Positions 34,603 through 44,500 of a stretch of 50,803 nucleotides of DNA are shown one piece after another. Source of the DNA: a virus (Duplodnaviria; Caudoviricetes); the IMG/VR virus record IMGVR_UViG_3300025127_000062, positions 1 to 50,803 of that record. One strand, written 5' to 3'. The number at the start of each line of letters is the position of its first letter. Position 1 is the first letter of the stretch. The position numbers and the translations under genes are program-made. The notes below the pieces were generated by a model. It was given only the letters and a program-made list of their open reading frames with translations, had not been told where the DNA came from and did no database searches.

Positions 34603-36011
34603 TCTACAAAACAAAACCATTTAAACACCAAGAAGACGCAGTAAGGCGTTTCGTAGACAAACCCTATGGAGCTTTGTTTTGCGAGATGGGAACAGGCAAG
34701 ACTAAAATAGTCCTAGACATTGTTCAAAATGCTGAAGAAGCTGTCGATGTAGTAGTCATTGCGCCTAACGGACTACACCACAACTGGGCAATCAATGAAA
34801 TACCTCAACATTACAAAAAACCTATAGATGTGTTTTGTTGGAAAGGACCTATCAAAACAATAAAAGCTAAAAAAGAGTTTCAATGGTTTCTTAATGGACA
34901 CAAGAAATCTAGAATGATTCTAATTAACATTGAAGCTTTACGCACAGCCTCTGGATTTACCACAGTCAGCCAATTTTTAGACTCAGCAAATCATGAAATA
35001 CATATGATTGTAGATGAGTCTACTTGCATTAAAAATCCAAAAGCTTTGCAAACCAAACGAGTGCTTGAGTTGTCTAAAAGAGCCAACTGTAAGTGGATTC
35101 TTAACGGCACACCCATCACTCAAAGCCCTTTAGATTTATTTAGCCAATGTCGTTTCTTAGACAAAAACGCTGTCCCTTACAACACATACACTGCGTTTAA
35201 GCACGCCTTTGCCGTTGAAACTGTAATAACAATGGGTAGTCGGGCTTTCCGTAAGGTTGTTGGATACCAGAACCTAGAACAATTAACCAAGATACTTGAA
35301 CCATTTAGCCTAAGAATTGAAAAAAAAGACTGCTTAGACCTCCCTGAAAAAACTTTTGTCAAACAAGCAATTGAGCTGCATCCACAACAAAAGCGGATGT
35401 ATGACAGTATGAAGGACGATTGTCTTGCAATGCTACAAAGTGGTGAACTCGTCACATCAACCTTGGCACTAACCAAGATTGTTAAGTTACACCAGATACT
35501 AACTGGATTCATAACTGACGATGAGGGTGCAGAACACGCCATTGAAAACAACAGGATAGCTGCTCTCATGCAAATAGCTGAGACCACAAAGCCTTTGGTT
35601 GTGTTCTGTGCTTACCGCCACAATGTTCGAACTGTCTGCGACGCACTAGCCAAAGAGTATGGTAGACACCAAGTTGTAGCATTTAGCGGAAACGAATCTA
35701 GCACTCAGCGCAACAAAGCTGTCAAACACTTTCAAAACGGACAAGCAACCTTTTTTGTTGGCACATCTGCAGCTGCTAAAGGGTTGACACTGCACCGTGC
35801 GTCTACAATGATTTACTACTCTAACAACTACAGCTTAGAGACTAGACTACAAAGCCAAGACCGCATACACCGTATTGGTCAAAAAAACAAATGCACGTAT
35901 ATTGATTTAGTTGTTCCTAACACAGTAGACGATGCAATACTTAAAAGACTCAAACAGAAAAAAGAACTATCTAACATGGTGTTAGATGATCTAATCGAAA
36001 TAATTAAATGA
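34599..36011 (+). CDS. SNF2-family SF2 helicase
   Basis: EMGTGKT, VDEST, LNGTP, GLTL, QSQDRIHRIGQ. Confidence 0.93.
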   Translation: MIYKTKPFKHQEDAVRRFVDKPYGALFCEMGTGKTKIVLDIVQNAEEAVDVVVIAPNGLHHNWAINEIPQHYKKPIDVFCWKGPIKTIKAKKEFQWFLNGHKKSRMILINIEALRTASGFTTVSQFLDSANHEIHMIVDESTCIKNPKALQTKRVLELSKRANCKWILNGTPITQSPLDLFSQCRFLDKNAVPYNTYTAFKHAFAVETVITMGSRAFRKVVGYQNLEQLTKILEPFSLRIEKKDCLDLPEKTFVKQAIELHPQQKRMYDSMKDDCLAMLQSGELVTSTLALTKIVKLHQILTGFITDDEGAEHAIENNRIAALMQIAETTKPLVVFCAYRHNVRTVCDALAKEYGRHQVVAFSGNESSTQRNKAVKHFQNGQATFFVGTSAAAKGLTLHRASTMIYYSNNYSLETRLQSQDRIHRIGQKNKCTYIDLVVPNTVDDAILKRLKQKKELSNMVLDDLIEIIK

Positions 36012-36199
36012 CCATACCTTCAACCAATCGACCACTATTTCAACAATCATCCTACACGATACTAGAACGAGCACTGCATTCAATGACTCTAGCTTGTGAA
36101 GCCATGACTAAAGAAAACGAACAACTTCGTGAGCAAGTAGCTAGCTTGACAGCTGAAATAAATAGGCTTAAAGAAGCTACAGTTTTAAACCCAGAATAA
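36008..36199 (+). CDS. Small coiled-coil hypothetical protein
   Basis: 63 aa with heptad pattern; overlaps helicase stop. Confidence 0.6.
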   Translation: MTIPSTNRPLFQQSSYTILERALHSMTLACEAMTKENEQLREQVASLTAEINRLKEATVLNPE

Positions 36200-36201
36200 T
36201 T

Positions 36202-37179
36202 ATGAAAAAATCAGACGTAGTAAGGAAGTATGTAGAAAAGTTCCCCGAGCATGGTAATAGAACCCTTGCTTCGTTAGTTTTAAAAGAAAACCCTAACTTG
36301 TTCACATCCATAGACTCCGCTAGGTCTAGTGTTCGATATGTTCGAGGCAACCAAGGCAAACACAATAGAGGCTTTCGAGAAAAACAATCAAACCTTTTTA
36401 AACCAAATGGCAAAGCAGGTGAATACAAAATACCAAAGTCGTTAACTCCTAAGAAACGTATTGTTCGTATACCAGACGGCAAAACCTTACTGCTGTCAGA
36501 CATACATCTGCCTTACCACGATATTGAAGCCTTAGAATGTGCACTAGATCACGGACATGATGCTAACAATATCATACTTAACGGAGACACAGTAGACTTT
36601 TATGCTGTTAGCCGTTGGGACACTGATCCCAACCACCGAGACTTAGCAGGAGAACTACAAGCTGCTAGACAGTTTCTTATGCACCTGCGTGAAAGATTTC
36701 CAAGTGCCAATATATTTTTTAAGATTGGCAACCACGAAGAACGATGGGAAAAGTTCCTATGGCGTAAAGCTCCTGAGCTGTGTGGTGTGCCTGACTTCAA
36801 GATGGAAAAGCTGTTAAGGTTTGAAGACCTAGACATCCAAGAGATTGGCGGTCGTCAGCTAACTAAAGCAGGTGGGTTGTGGATACTGCACGGACACGAG
36901 TTCTTTAATACCTTTGACCCAGTAAACTTTGCTCGCACTCTGCAAGTAAAGACTGGAGTGTGCACCATCGCTGGTCACAAACACAAAAGCAGTCAACACT
37001 CTGTTAAGTCAATGGACAGCAACACTATAGCCTGTTGGTCAGTTGGCTGCTTGTGCGACCTTGAACCTGACTATATGCCCGTAAATCAATGGAACTTAGG
37101 CTTTGCTGAGATTACCCACAAAGGTAAAAAGTTTGATGTAAACAACTACCGTATTATTGACGGTGAAGCTTACCGCTAA
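36202..37179 (+). CDS. Calcineurin-like metallophosphoesterase with N-terminal helical domain
   Basis: SDIH, NGDTVD, GNHE, HGH, GHKH motifs. Confidence 0.9.
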   Translation: MKKSDVVRKYVEKFPEHGNRTLASLVLKENPNLFTSIDSARSSVRYVRGNQGKHNRGFREKQSNLFKPNGKAGEYKIPKSLTPKKRIVRIPDGKTLLLSDIHLPYHDIEALECALDHGHDANNIILNGDTVDFYAVSRWDTDPNHRDLAGELQAARQFLMHLRERFPSANIFFKIGNHEERWEKFLWRKAPELCGVPDFKMEKLLRFEDLDIQEIGGRQLTKAGGLWILHGHEFFNTFDPVNFARTLQVKTGVCTIAGHKHKSSQHSVKSMDSNTIACWSVGCLCDLEPDYMPVNQWNLGFAEITHKGKKFDVNNYRIIDGEAYR

Positions 37180-37911
37180 TTACAGTAGTTTAAAAATTTG
37201 GACTTCAGTATTAGAAATATAAACAGTCCTTGCTTGCCCAGCTGCCCCATTCTGCCAATATCTTATATACAAATTAGTTGAATTAGGTATATATACAAGT
37301 CCACTAGTATCCTGGCTTGAGCCAATAATATTACTAAAAGAGTTATCTTGTTCTAATCTAAGAACTCCAGAATGAAGAGTATTGTTGTTCCAGACCACTG
37401 CAGATGTGTAAGTTGTACCAAAACTTACTTGAATTCTACCATTTGTATATCTACCTACTGATAAATCAGTTGATAAATTAATTGCGTATACTCCTTGTGC
37501 TATAGTTAAAGAAGCTCCAGAGCCAGTTATATTATTAGAGCTTGAATTACTCATTAATACATCCTCAGGAGACTCACCAGCTTGAGTATTTACCCAACTT
37601 TTTTGTTGATCATCTGTTTGTGACAGAATATCTACGTTTGTAGCAAAACCAAAAACTTTATTAACAAGTCCACTAGTTGGAATAGAACTATCTGTAGATG
37701 TTAACTGACCGCTAGAAGTCTCTAACGTAGTTGGCGTAAACGAGTTAACAGTTAAAATGTTACTTGAAGCTAACCCATCTATAGCTGTTTTAACACCCTG
37801 ACTAGTCACCATGTTATCACTACTAGCTGTTGGTATGTTGTCTGCAGAAACTACTCGTGATATAGCAGAGTCAATATCAGCAGCTGTATTGTTTAGCGTA
37901 AATGAATTCAT
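37180..37911 (-). CDS. Fibre/spike-like protein, paralogue 3
   Basis: Shared N-terminus TL.NTA.DIDSAI.RV.SAD..PTA.S.NM.TS.GVK; beta-rich unique C-terminus. Confidence 0.6.
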   Translation of the reverse strand: MNSFTLNNTAADIDSAISRVVSADNIPTASSDNMVTSQGVKTAIDGLASSNILTVNSFTPTTLETSSGQLTSTDSSIPTSGLVNKVFGFATNVDILSQTDDQQKSWVNTQAGESPEDVLMSNSSSNNITGSGASLTIAQGVYAINLSTDLSVGRYTNGRIQVSFGTTYTSAVVWNNNTLHSGVLRLEQDNSFSNIIGSSQDTSGLVYIPNSTNLYIRYWQNGAAGQARTVYISNTEVQIFKLL

Positions 37912-37915
37912 ATTC

Positions 37916-38371
37916 TTAAGTTAGCTTTAATTTTTTAAATCTTACGGTAATAGGCACAGCCAGATTAGTGGTGCTTGACGCTATAACGCTATAAGATTCA
38001 TCTTTAGCTATTGGAAGACATATTTGCTGAATATTTGGTCCTGAATCTGCCGCACTAAAACTAGTTGAACCAATAGTAATACTAACAGAAACTGTAGAAA
38101 ACCCTGAACCTACACCTCCTACTTGAATAAGTAAAAATCCAGCGGAAGTTGCTGTTCCAGAGTTTGTTAAACCAGTATACCCACTAGGAAAACCAAAGCC
38201 TGTTTCCATGTCAGTTATACGTGAATCTAATCCATCTACAGCTGTTTTAACACCTTGACTAGTAATCATGTTCTGGCTATTAGCCGTTGGCTCAGTATCT
38301 GCTGACGTTACTCGTGTTATTGCAGAGTCAATGTCTTGAGCTGTGTTTGTAAGTGTGTAAATATTAGACAT
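37916..38371 (-). CDS. Fibre/spike-like protein, paralogue 2
   Basis: Same N-terminus; C-terminal GTATS.GFL...PI...ESYSV shared with paralogue 1. Confidence 0.6.
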   Translation of the reverse strand: MSNIYTLTNTAQDIDSAITRVTSADTEPTANSQNMITSQGVKTAVDGLDSRITDMETGFGFPSGYTGLTNSGTATSAGFLLIQVGGVGSGFSTVSVSITIGSTSFSAADSGPNIQQICLPIAKDESYSVIASSTTNLAVPITVRFKKLKLT

Positions 38372-38383
38372 TGTTGTTTTACG

Positions 38384-38944
38384 TTAAAAAAGTGGTCTAA
38401 ATAGTATTAGTGTATTACTACTATAGCGAACAACAACAGAATAAGATTCACCCTGTTTAATAGGAACAGTTACACTTTGAAACATGCCGTTAAAGTAAGT
38501 AGACTTAAAAGATCTACCAGCAACAGTAATAGTCATATGACCACCTTCGCTCACTCTGCCTTGAGCAGTAGCGATTAAAAACCCATCACTTGTTGCAGTG
38601 CCAGAACCTGTTTGATTATTAAGCTGATTGGTTTGAAGAGCTACAGTTACCCAACTTTTCATAGTCGAAACAGAGCTAGTTACATGATCAGCAACAGCTT
38701 TACTAGTCGGAATAGAACTATCTGTAGCTGTTAACCCATCGTTAGAAGTTTCTACTGTAGTTGGCGTAAACGAGTTAAGAGTTAAAGTACCACTTGAAGC
38801 TAATTCATCTATAGCTCCTTTAACACCCGAGCTAGTTACCATGTTATCACTATCAGCTGTTGGTGTGCTGTCTGCAGACACTACTCTTGTTATTGCAGAG
38901 TCAATAACCGCCGCACTGTTACTTAAAGTATATTCGTTTGCCAT
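38384..38944 (-). CDS. Fibre/spike-like protein, paralogue 1
   Basis: Same N-terminus; middle shared with paralogue 3, C-terminus with paralogue 2. Confidence 0.6.
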   Translation of the reverse strand: MANEYTLSNSAAVIDSAITRVVSADSTPTADSDNMVTSSGVKGAIDELASSGTLTLNSFTPTTVETSNDGLTATDSSIPTSKAVADHVTSSVSTMKSWVTVALQTNQLNNQTGSGTATSDGFLIATAQGRVSEGGHMTITVAGRSFKSTYFNGMFQSVTVPIKQGESYSVVVRYSSNTLILFRPLF

Positions 38945-39184
38945 TTAGCACTTCCATTTACGAAGAGCCAACGCTTTGCGAGTTGGTCTGCCCTTTGAAT
39001 CTTTCATGGGTCCTTTAACACCGCCCATACGAGCACAAAAAGATTTACGTCGCTTAGAAGCTTTAGAGCCACGTTTGACTCTACCAGTTACAGGAGGTTT
39101 AAGATTAGCTCCCTCTTTAGCTTTAAAATAACGACGACCAGCAGCAGTCAAGCCACCAGTTTTACTCTTGTGTTCTTTACGCAT
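38945..39184 (-). CDS. Small basic phage protein (RRKSFCARM family)
   Basis: GGLTAAGR, RRKSFCARMGG, ALRKWKC. Confidence 0.8.
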   Translation of the reverse strand: MRKEHKSKTGGLTAAGRRYFKAKEGANLKPPVTGRVKRGSKASKRRKSFCARMGGVKGPMKDSKGRPTRKALALRKWKC

Positions 39185-39330
39185 TACACCTTACGAGCTT
39201 TGACTTTCTTTCTGCCCTTACCTTTTGTAGCAGCAGCAATGATATCTCCGCGTGTAACTTTGTTCTTGTCGCCATACATAGCAGCAAGGTTGCTTTTTTT
39301 TGATTTATTGTGACCGTAGTGACTAGGCAT
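39184..39330 (-). CDS. Small basic protein
   Basis: MPSHYG...MYGDKNKVTRGDII...KKVKARKV; start placed at ATG 39330. Confidence 0.65.
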   Translation of the reverse strand: MPSHYGHNKSKKSNLAAMYGDKNKVTRGDIIAAATKGKGRKKVKARKV

Positions 39331-39349
39331 AATATAATTGGGTTGGTGG

Positions 39350-39448
39350 TTATTTCTTTTTAGGACAGTGACTTCCGTCACAGTAAGGCATTGTCTTAGA
39401 CTTGCCGCAAGTACATTTTTTACGAGCTTTTATTTTTTTTCTGTGCAT
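39350..39448 (-). CDS. 32-aa CDGSH iron-sulfur motif peptide (not in ORF track)
   Basis: MHRKKIKARKKCTCGKSKTMPYCDGSHCPKKK; exact C-x-C-x2-S-x3-P-x-CDGSH; TAATG coupling with upstream gene. Confidence 0.82.
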   Translation of the reverse strand: MHRKKIKARKKCTCGKSKTMPYCDGSHCPKKK

Positions 39449-39723
39449 TATTTATTTCTCCTTATCGCTTTTACTCGGCGAGGCTTTCCCGCAGGTTGAC
39501 CAATTCTCTTCTTCTGAGCAATCCTTGATCGTTTCTCGCTTGCGGATAACTCCCCTGAGGTGGCAGGTGTTTTTGAACTTACACGTTTGGAGGGTCTGCA
39601 ATAAGGCGTTCCTCGCTTTTCGCCCTTTTGTCGTCCGCAGGGCTTCCCAGATCGGACATCCACCCACTTTTCCCTGAACCATCGTTTAAGGTTTGCGCCT
39701 TCTTTTGTTTTACGAACTGCCAT
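39448..39723 (-). CDS. Small basic phage protein (DUF5872-like)
   Basis: LKRWFREKWVDV..GKPCGR...PYCRPSKRVSSKTP. Confidence 0.75.
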   Translation of the reverse strand: MAVRKTKEGANLKRWFREKWVDVRSGKPCGRQKGEKRGTPYCRPSKRVSSKTPATSGELSASEKRSRIAQKKRIGQPAGKPRRVKAIRRNK

Positions 39724-39857
39724 TATTTTTTCCTCGCTTTAACAGTTCTACGTCCTCCTCTTTTTTTACGACACTTGGCAATTGCTCCAGACGCATAGGC
39801 TGAGGGAAACACTCTGTACTGTGCTTTTACTTTGTAATAACAGGCGTCTTTTGGCAT
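39723..39857 (-). CDS. 44-aa basic phage protein (not in ORF track)
   Basis: MPKDACYYKVKAQYRVFPSAYASGAIAKCRKKRGGRRTVKARKK; TAATG coupling on both sides. Confidence 0.75.
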   Translation of the reverse strand: MPKDACYYKVKAQYRVFPSAYASGAIAKCRKKRGGRRTVKARKK

Positions 39858-40012
39858 TACTTTTTACGTTTGTTGTGAAAATCAAAAAGAACTTTTACTT
39901 TTTCTGATAATGATTCAAGGTTATAGTGCATCCTAGCTAACACAATTATTAGTGTAATAACTGCAATTAGGACTGGGGTAAGGGCTGATATAACTTGTAA
40001 AAATTCATTCAT
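39857..40012 (-). CDS. 51-aa membrane-anchored coiled-coil peptide (possible lysis accessory; not in ORF track)
   Basis: MNEFLQVISALTPVLIAVITLIIVLARMHYNLESLSEKVKVLFDFHNKRKK. Confidence 0.65.
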   Translation of the reverse strand: MNEFLQVISALTPVLIAVITLIIVLARMHYNLESLSEKVKVLFDFHNKRKK

Positions 40013-40404
40013 TTAATGGTTGATGACCCAAAATAAAATCCAACAATAGCTAAAACTGTTTGGCGAACTTCTGGCAGTATAAGATATCCGTTAAGAGTCT
40101 GGTATTTGACTCCTCCAAATAATCCAAAGAAACCCTTTGTCTCTTGTCCCACCGTAACACCCTCTGGGCTGTGAGCCAGTATAAATGGGGCTATAACGAC
40201 CGCAAACAGGACAGTGCATACTATGACCCTTCTGACCCACTCACCACCCCTTGTAGCGGCTTTCTGGTGGCTTTCATCAGCGACTGCTTGCTTCTTAAGC
40301 ATAGCGTCTACTGTACCTTGCTGATTAGCAACAAGCTGCCCAATCAACTTAAACACAAATCCAGAGGCTCCACCCCCAAGCATTGCTATAAGTTCTGTAG
40401 TCAT
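40009..40404 (-). CDS. Holin-like membrane protein
   Basis: 131 aa; hydrophobic segments, WVRR, C-terminal IVGFYFGSS. Confidence 0.6.
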   Translation of the reverse strand: MTTELIAMLGGGASGFVFKLIGQLVANQQGTVDAMLKKQAVADESHQKAATRGGEWVRRVIVCTVLFAVVIAPFILAHSPEGVTVGQETKGFFGLFGGVKYQTLNGYLILPEVRQTVLAIVGFYFGSSTIK

Positions 40405-40556
40405 CTAAGCTCTTTAACTAATTTATAAATTGATAGCCCTAAGAAAACAAAAGTCATTACACCCACAATAAAACTAATTGCTCCGTTAATTCCTTGTAGA
40501 CTTAAACAGGCAAAAAACCCTGTTGACCCCACAGTTCCTCTGAGCATAGTGTCCAT
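40401..40556 (-). CDS. 51-aa membrane peptide, holin-like (not in ORF track)
   Basis: MDTMLRGTVGSTGFFACLSLQGINGAISFIVGVMTFVFLGLSIYKLVKELR; ATGA overlap with next gene. Confidence 0.6.
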   Translation of the reverse strand: MDTMLRGTVGSTGFFACLSLQGINGAISFIVGVMTFVFLGLSIYKLVKELR

Positions 40557-40558
40557 TA

Positions 40559-41143
40559 TTAATGCAGGTTAACCCAGCCTCCGTTTGCATAACCTTGAAA
40601 CTTACCAGCAGAGCTGTTATAAATAATCATTCCATTTTGAGGACTACTTGGTTGAGAAGTGCCAACTAAGCTAAGAACAGATGGACCTTGGATCTTTCCG
40701 CCCTGCATGTTAAAATTGCCTGAACCTGACATAGTAAAATTTGAGTCATCTTCAATTTCTATAGGACCATTTACCATAAGATCGCCGCTAGTTATACTAG
40801 CATCACCGTTACATGAAAATCCAGCAAGAACCGTTTCATCTTCACATTCAAAAGACCCTTCACACGTAACGGAATCTTGAAACGATGCTTCGCCATTTAC
40901 AGTTATGTTTGAAACCTCCATGTCATCCTGAAAGTTAGTAGTGCTTTCAAAATTTACATCTTCGTTAAATTCAACTGCGTCGTTACAAGTAACCTGTGAG
41001 TCAAATGTAATATCATCTCCAAAAGTTACAGAAATATTTTCAAGATCAGCTGCGCTTAGTGCACCAATTCTCTGGCGAATGTTAGAATTGTTTGTGCCTT
41101 GTAGCATATTATCTACTGCGGAGGATACGGTAATGTTTGCCAT
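40559..41143 (-). CDS. Beta-solenoid fibre-like protein
   Basis: Acidic 6-residue repeats (VTFGDD ITFDSQ VTCNDA VEFNED); C-terminal GMIIYNS..GKFQGY..GGW. Confidence 0.65.
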   Translation of the reverse strand: MANITVSSAVDNMLQGTNNSNIRQRIGALSAADLENISVTFGDDITFDSQVTCNDAVEFNEDVNFESTTNFQDDMEVSNITVNGEASFQDSVTCEGSFECEDETVLAGFSCNGDASITSGDLMVNGPIEIEDDSNFTMSGSGNFNMQGGKIQGPSVLSLVGTSQPSSPQNGMIIYNSSAGKFQGYANGGWVNLH

Positions 41144-41145
41144 AA

Positions 41146-41274
41146 TTATTCGGGTCTAATGTATTTTGATCCAGTGGGTGTTAAAAAGAAACCTGATCCA
41201 GAACTTCTTATGTAAAAAAAGTTACCAACAGGTCTGCGTCGTCTGCCAAAGTCTAATTTTAAAAAAAGGTGCAT
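41146..41274 (-). CDS. 42-aa hypothetical protein (not in ORF track)
   Basis: MHLFLKLDFGRRRRPVGNFFYIRSSGSGFFLTPTGSKYIRPE; fills the gap between two genes. Confidence 0.55.
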   Translation of the reverse strand: MHLFLKLDFGRRRRPVGNFFYIRSSGSGFFLTPTGSKYIRPE

Positions 41275-41551
41275 ATTAAACGTGATGTAAAACTACTAGC
41301 CCTGAAGTAATGGTTATATTTGTAAAAACACCGTAAAGAACAGTCCCAGCCGCAAGACCAGAAGTTTGTAATTTAGCAACATTTTCAACATTCAACGCGT
41401 CAAGTGCTGTAATAGTAGTGTCTTTTAGTATTTGAATAGCTCCAAAACGTCCTTGTGCAGTCCCACCATTTACGGTAGTATCCAGCACTGTTGAACTTTT
41501 TGATTCAAAAGAAACTGCGTTATAAGAAGGATTAGGTAATCTAGTGCTCAT
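41251..41551 (+). repeat. Direct repeat copy 2 of 1-301
   Basis: 127-nt exact match to window start, then 6 mismatches. Confidence 0.97.
41276..41551 (-). CDS. Small beta-rich hypothetical protein, allele B
   Basis: 91 aa; differs from 26..301 at three residues (SG to DA, I to V). Confidence 0.75.
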   Translation of the reverse strand: MSTRLPNPSYNAVSFESKSSTVLDTTVNGGTAQGRFGAIQILKDTTITALDALNVENVAKLQTSGLAAGTVLYGVFTNITITSGLVVLHHV

Positions 41552-41557
41552 ACGGTT

Positions 41558-41587
41558 ATGGTATATTAATGTAAAAAATTATGTCAA
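41558..41587 (-). promoter_or_regulatory. Sigma70-like promoter, probably leaderless (allele B)
   Basis: TTGACA (41587-41582), 18 nt, TACCAT (41563-41558), 6 nt, ATG (41551). Confidence 0.55.
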
Positions 41588-41588
41588 G

Positions 41589-44500
41589 CTAGTCTGCTTC
41601 TGCAGCCCTTGCTGTTTCTTCGCCTACGAAATTAAAAATAGTCTCATGAGCCACGTGAGCTGCTTGTTTGATAACAGGACCCACTAGGGGTAAAAACTGC
41701 CCTGTATACGGCTCTACAGCGTCTCCAAAGTCCAAAGAGGCTATGTCCGTAGCTGTGCCCACTGCAGGTCCAAAAGCGGCATCTGTGCCAAATTGTGCAG
41801 CATTAAAGAAGGGTTCGTAGTAGGACAACAGCCCTGACTGACGAACTATACGCATCCACTCCTGTTCAGTCATGTCTAGAGGGTTCATAGGCTCTTTGAA
41901 TCTAGACAGGTCTTTCAAAACAGTAGCTAAATACGAAGCTGCTAAAGCCATTCCAAGGTATGTATACAAATGAGCATTTCTAAACGCAGCTCCTTTTTTG
42001 TCGCCATTATAACCGTATAAGAATCTGCGATAAACTACACGACCCATAGCAATCATAAAACTAGAATACTGTAGTGCAAGACGAGCCGTCTCACCACCCA
42101 TCGTCCCTGCTTGAAGACCAAGACGAGACATTGCTTGTGCCCCTACGTCTGGCTCAATAACACCTTCGCGCATATACTGGTTCATAAATGCACTTAGCTT
42201 TTTCTGTAAAGATGCGTTTTTAACAGTAGAGGGTCCAATGCGTTCAATGCCGTCAGGGGTCTTTTCTATAGATTTTGCAAGCTGAGTTATCTCTCTATTA
42301 GTAAAACCAAACTCGTTCAGTCGCTCCCTAGTCACAGGGTTCATATTCTTGCCCTTGCTTAATTCAGTAGCCAAACCACTAGTAAGCATATCAATAAACA
42401 ACTGTTGATGAGCCGCTGTCAGACGATTAAGAAAGTTAATCTCAAACATAAAATCATTTGCAGTGTTAATCTTACCACCCACACCTGAGTCGTCAGTTAC
42501 AACACGTTGAGCCATGCTTCTAGTTACTAAGTCAAAAGCAGCACCTTGAGCACGAAACCACTGAGCCATCTCCTTTTTATTGCCACCAAACTGAGTAGAG
42601 ATAGCATCTTGATACCTACTAAAATAAGCTGCCATGCCTTCAGAGCCAACTCCTAAGAACTGAAGAGTTGACCAAACTAAAGGAATGTCTGACAAAGATG
42701 AAAATCCAGCACCGCCTAACATAGCAATATTCTGCACCTGACGGACATTCTTAAAGATGCTGTTTAAGTTAGCATCAATAGGAGTGTCTAAAAGCCCTGT
42801 AACTTGATCTATAGTGCCCTTGGCTGTAAGCCTCGAAGCAACAGTAGCACGAGGATCAATAAGCCCTGTAAGGATGCCATTAGCATCGTGCCCCACATGT
42901 CTTACTAGAGCAATGCTTTCAGCACGTTGAGCAATCTGTTCAAACATAAAACGCCCCATGTTTTTGCGATTGCCAAATTCAATTAACGCGTCTATTCGAT
43001 ACTCAGGCTTAAACACTACCTTAGCTGCTTTGCGATAACCCCCGAGCATAGACGGATTTGTTTGATCTGGGTCTTTAACAAAGTCGCCTTCGACTATTTC
43101 ATTATAGAGTCCACGAAGAAAGGTGTTCTTATTAAACTTCTTATGACGACCAGCATCTTTTAACTTGGAAGTTTTAGCGTCAGGGCGTTCAGCCATCAAA
43201 CCGCCGTGTGCTTTAGCAGTTGCTCGCATGTCAATCATTTCAAGCATCCTTGCTTGAAAAGCATCAAACCCCATAGACTTCACATAAGCTCGGTCGTATG
43301 TCATACTGTATCCTAAGAATCCCTCACGATCTCGTATTGACAGACCTAAACGATTCATTTGTCCTAGCTGTGACTTGTTTGTCTTGCGGATAACGTCTAT
43401 AAGCCCTTCCCAAACTTTTACGCCTTGCCACTGTTTAGGTAACTCACCCGTAGATAATGCTGTCATAATATCTCGGTGCATAAGTATAGAAGCTTGTTTT
43501 AGCTCCCTGCCATACAAAGCAGCCAAATCTTTATTGCCAATCGTGTTGTTTACATACGAAGACATATAATGACTGGGGTCTTCTCCAAAGAAGATATTTA
43601 AAAGATCGTTCTCTACTAAATAGTCTAGTAATGGATTTTGGTCTAACTGCTTTTGAACTGTTTTATAACTTTGCAAAGAAGGACCTATAGTCACTGTTTT
43701 GCGTCGGCTACCATCCATGAAAGTCTTTAGCTGGTCTACTCTAGCCTGTCCTGACTTTTGACTGTTTATTGTGTTGGTTAAGGCTTCTACAGTAATAGCA
43801 TCGTGAATCTTACGTAAGATTTGAGCGTGCGATTCTTCTTCAAGAAATCTAGTTATGCGACTTATCTGTTTAGCACTACCACCTGTTTCGTCTAGTAGGA
43901 TATAACCAATTCGTTGAGCTGCTTCTAACGGCAAGCCTCTATCAGCCAACCCTGCTAATTTATCACGAACACTAGCAAAGTCTTTAGAACTTAAAACTAT
44001 CTTTGAAATATCTCTGCCCCGTTTACGAGAAGCTTGGAGTGTAACAACTATATCTTGAGCAAGCTCTTGAGTCATCCACGTATGACCTTTTTCTTGCATA
44101 CCCTCTACATACGTGTTTATAGCAGGAGGCATCTCTTTTGCACGGAGAGTCGAAAGCTGTAAAAGCGAAGATATTGCTGTTTCGTCTCCGCCTAATAAAT
44201 CAGCAACTGCTCTATCAAAGAAACCAATAGGATCACTCATTCTATAATCCTGATCTTTGGCGTTTGTCTCTAGTAAACTAAAAGCTCTTTGATCGTTAAC
44301 TTCTAAAGCATTTAATTGAGCATCGTCTGCATCCATAAACCTTTCTAAAGAGCTAGTAAAGTTAGCATTATCGATTGCGTCTTTAAGTTTAGCTTGTGTA
44401 GTCGAGCTGTTTCTTATCTCAGTAAGAACCCTAGAAACCTCAGAAGCTAGTTTACCTCCATCCTGTGTTTTCTTAATTACAGCATTAATTCTGGTATTAT

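Larger units (their letters stand above)
1..41250. mobile_element. Podovirus-like phage genome, one circularly permuted unit
   Basis: Full packaging, head, tail, ejection, replication and lysis gene set in two opposed arms; sequence at 41251 restarts the sequence at position 1. Confidence 0.93.

Noticed and set aside
29894-37179. DNA base-modification pathway suggested by DUF6378-like protein and phosphoesterase
   Set aside because: No PurZ, queuosine-pathway, thymidylate-synthase-like, glycosyltransferase or methylase gene found.
37180-38944. Diversity-generating retroelement TR/VR pair
   Set aside because: No reverse transcriptase; shared DNA is N-terminal and differences are not adenine-specific.
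1-41250. Autographivirus RNA polymerase or lysogeny module
   Set aside because: No ORF with single-subunit RNAP, integrase or repressor motifs was recognised.
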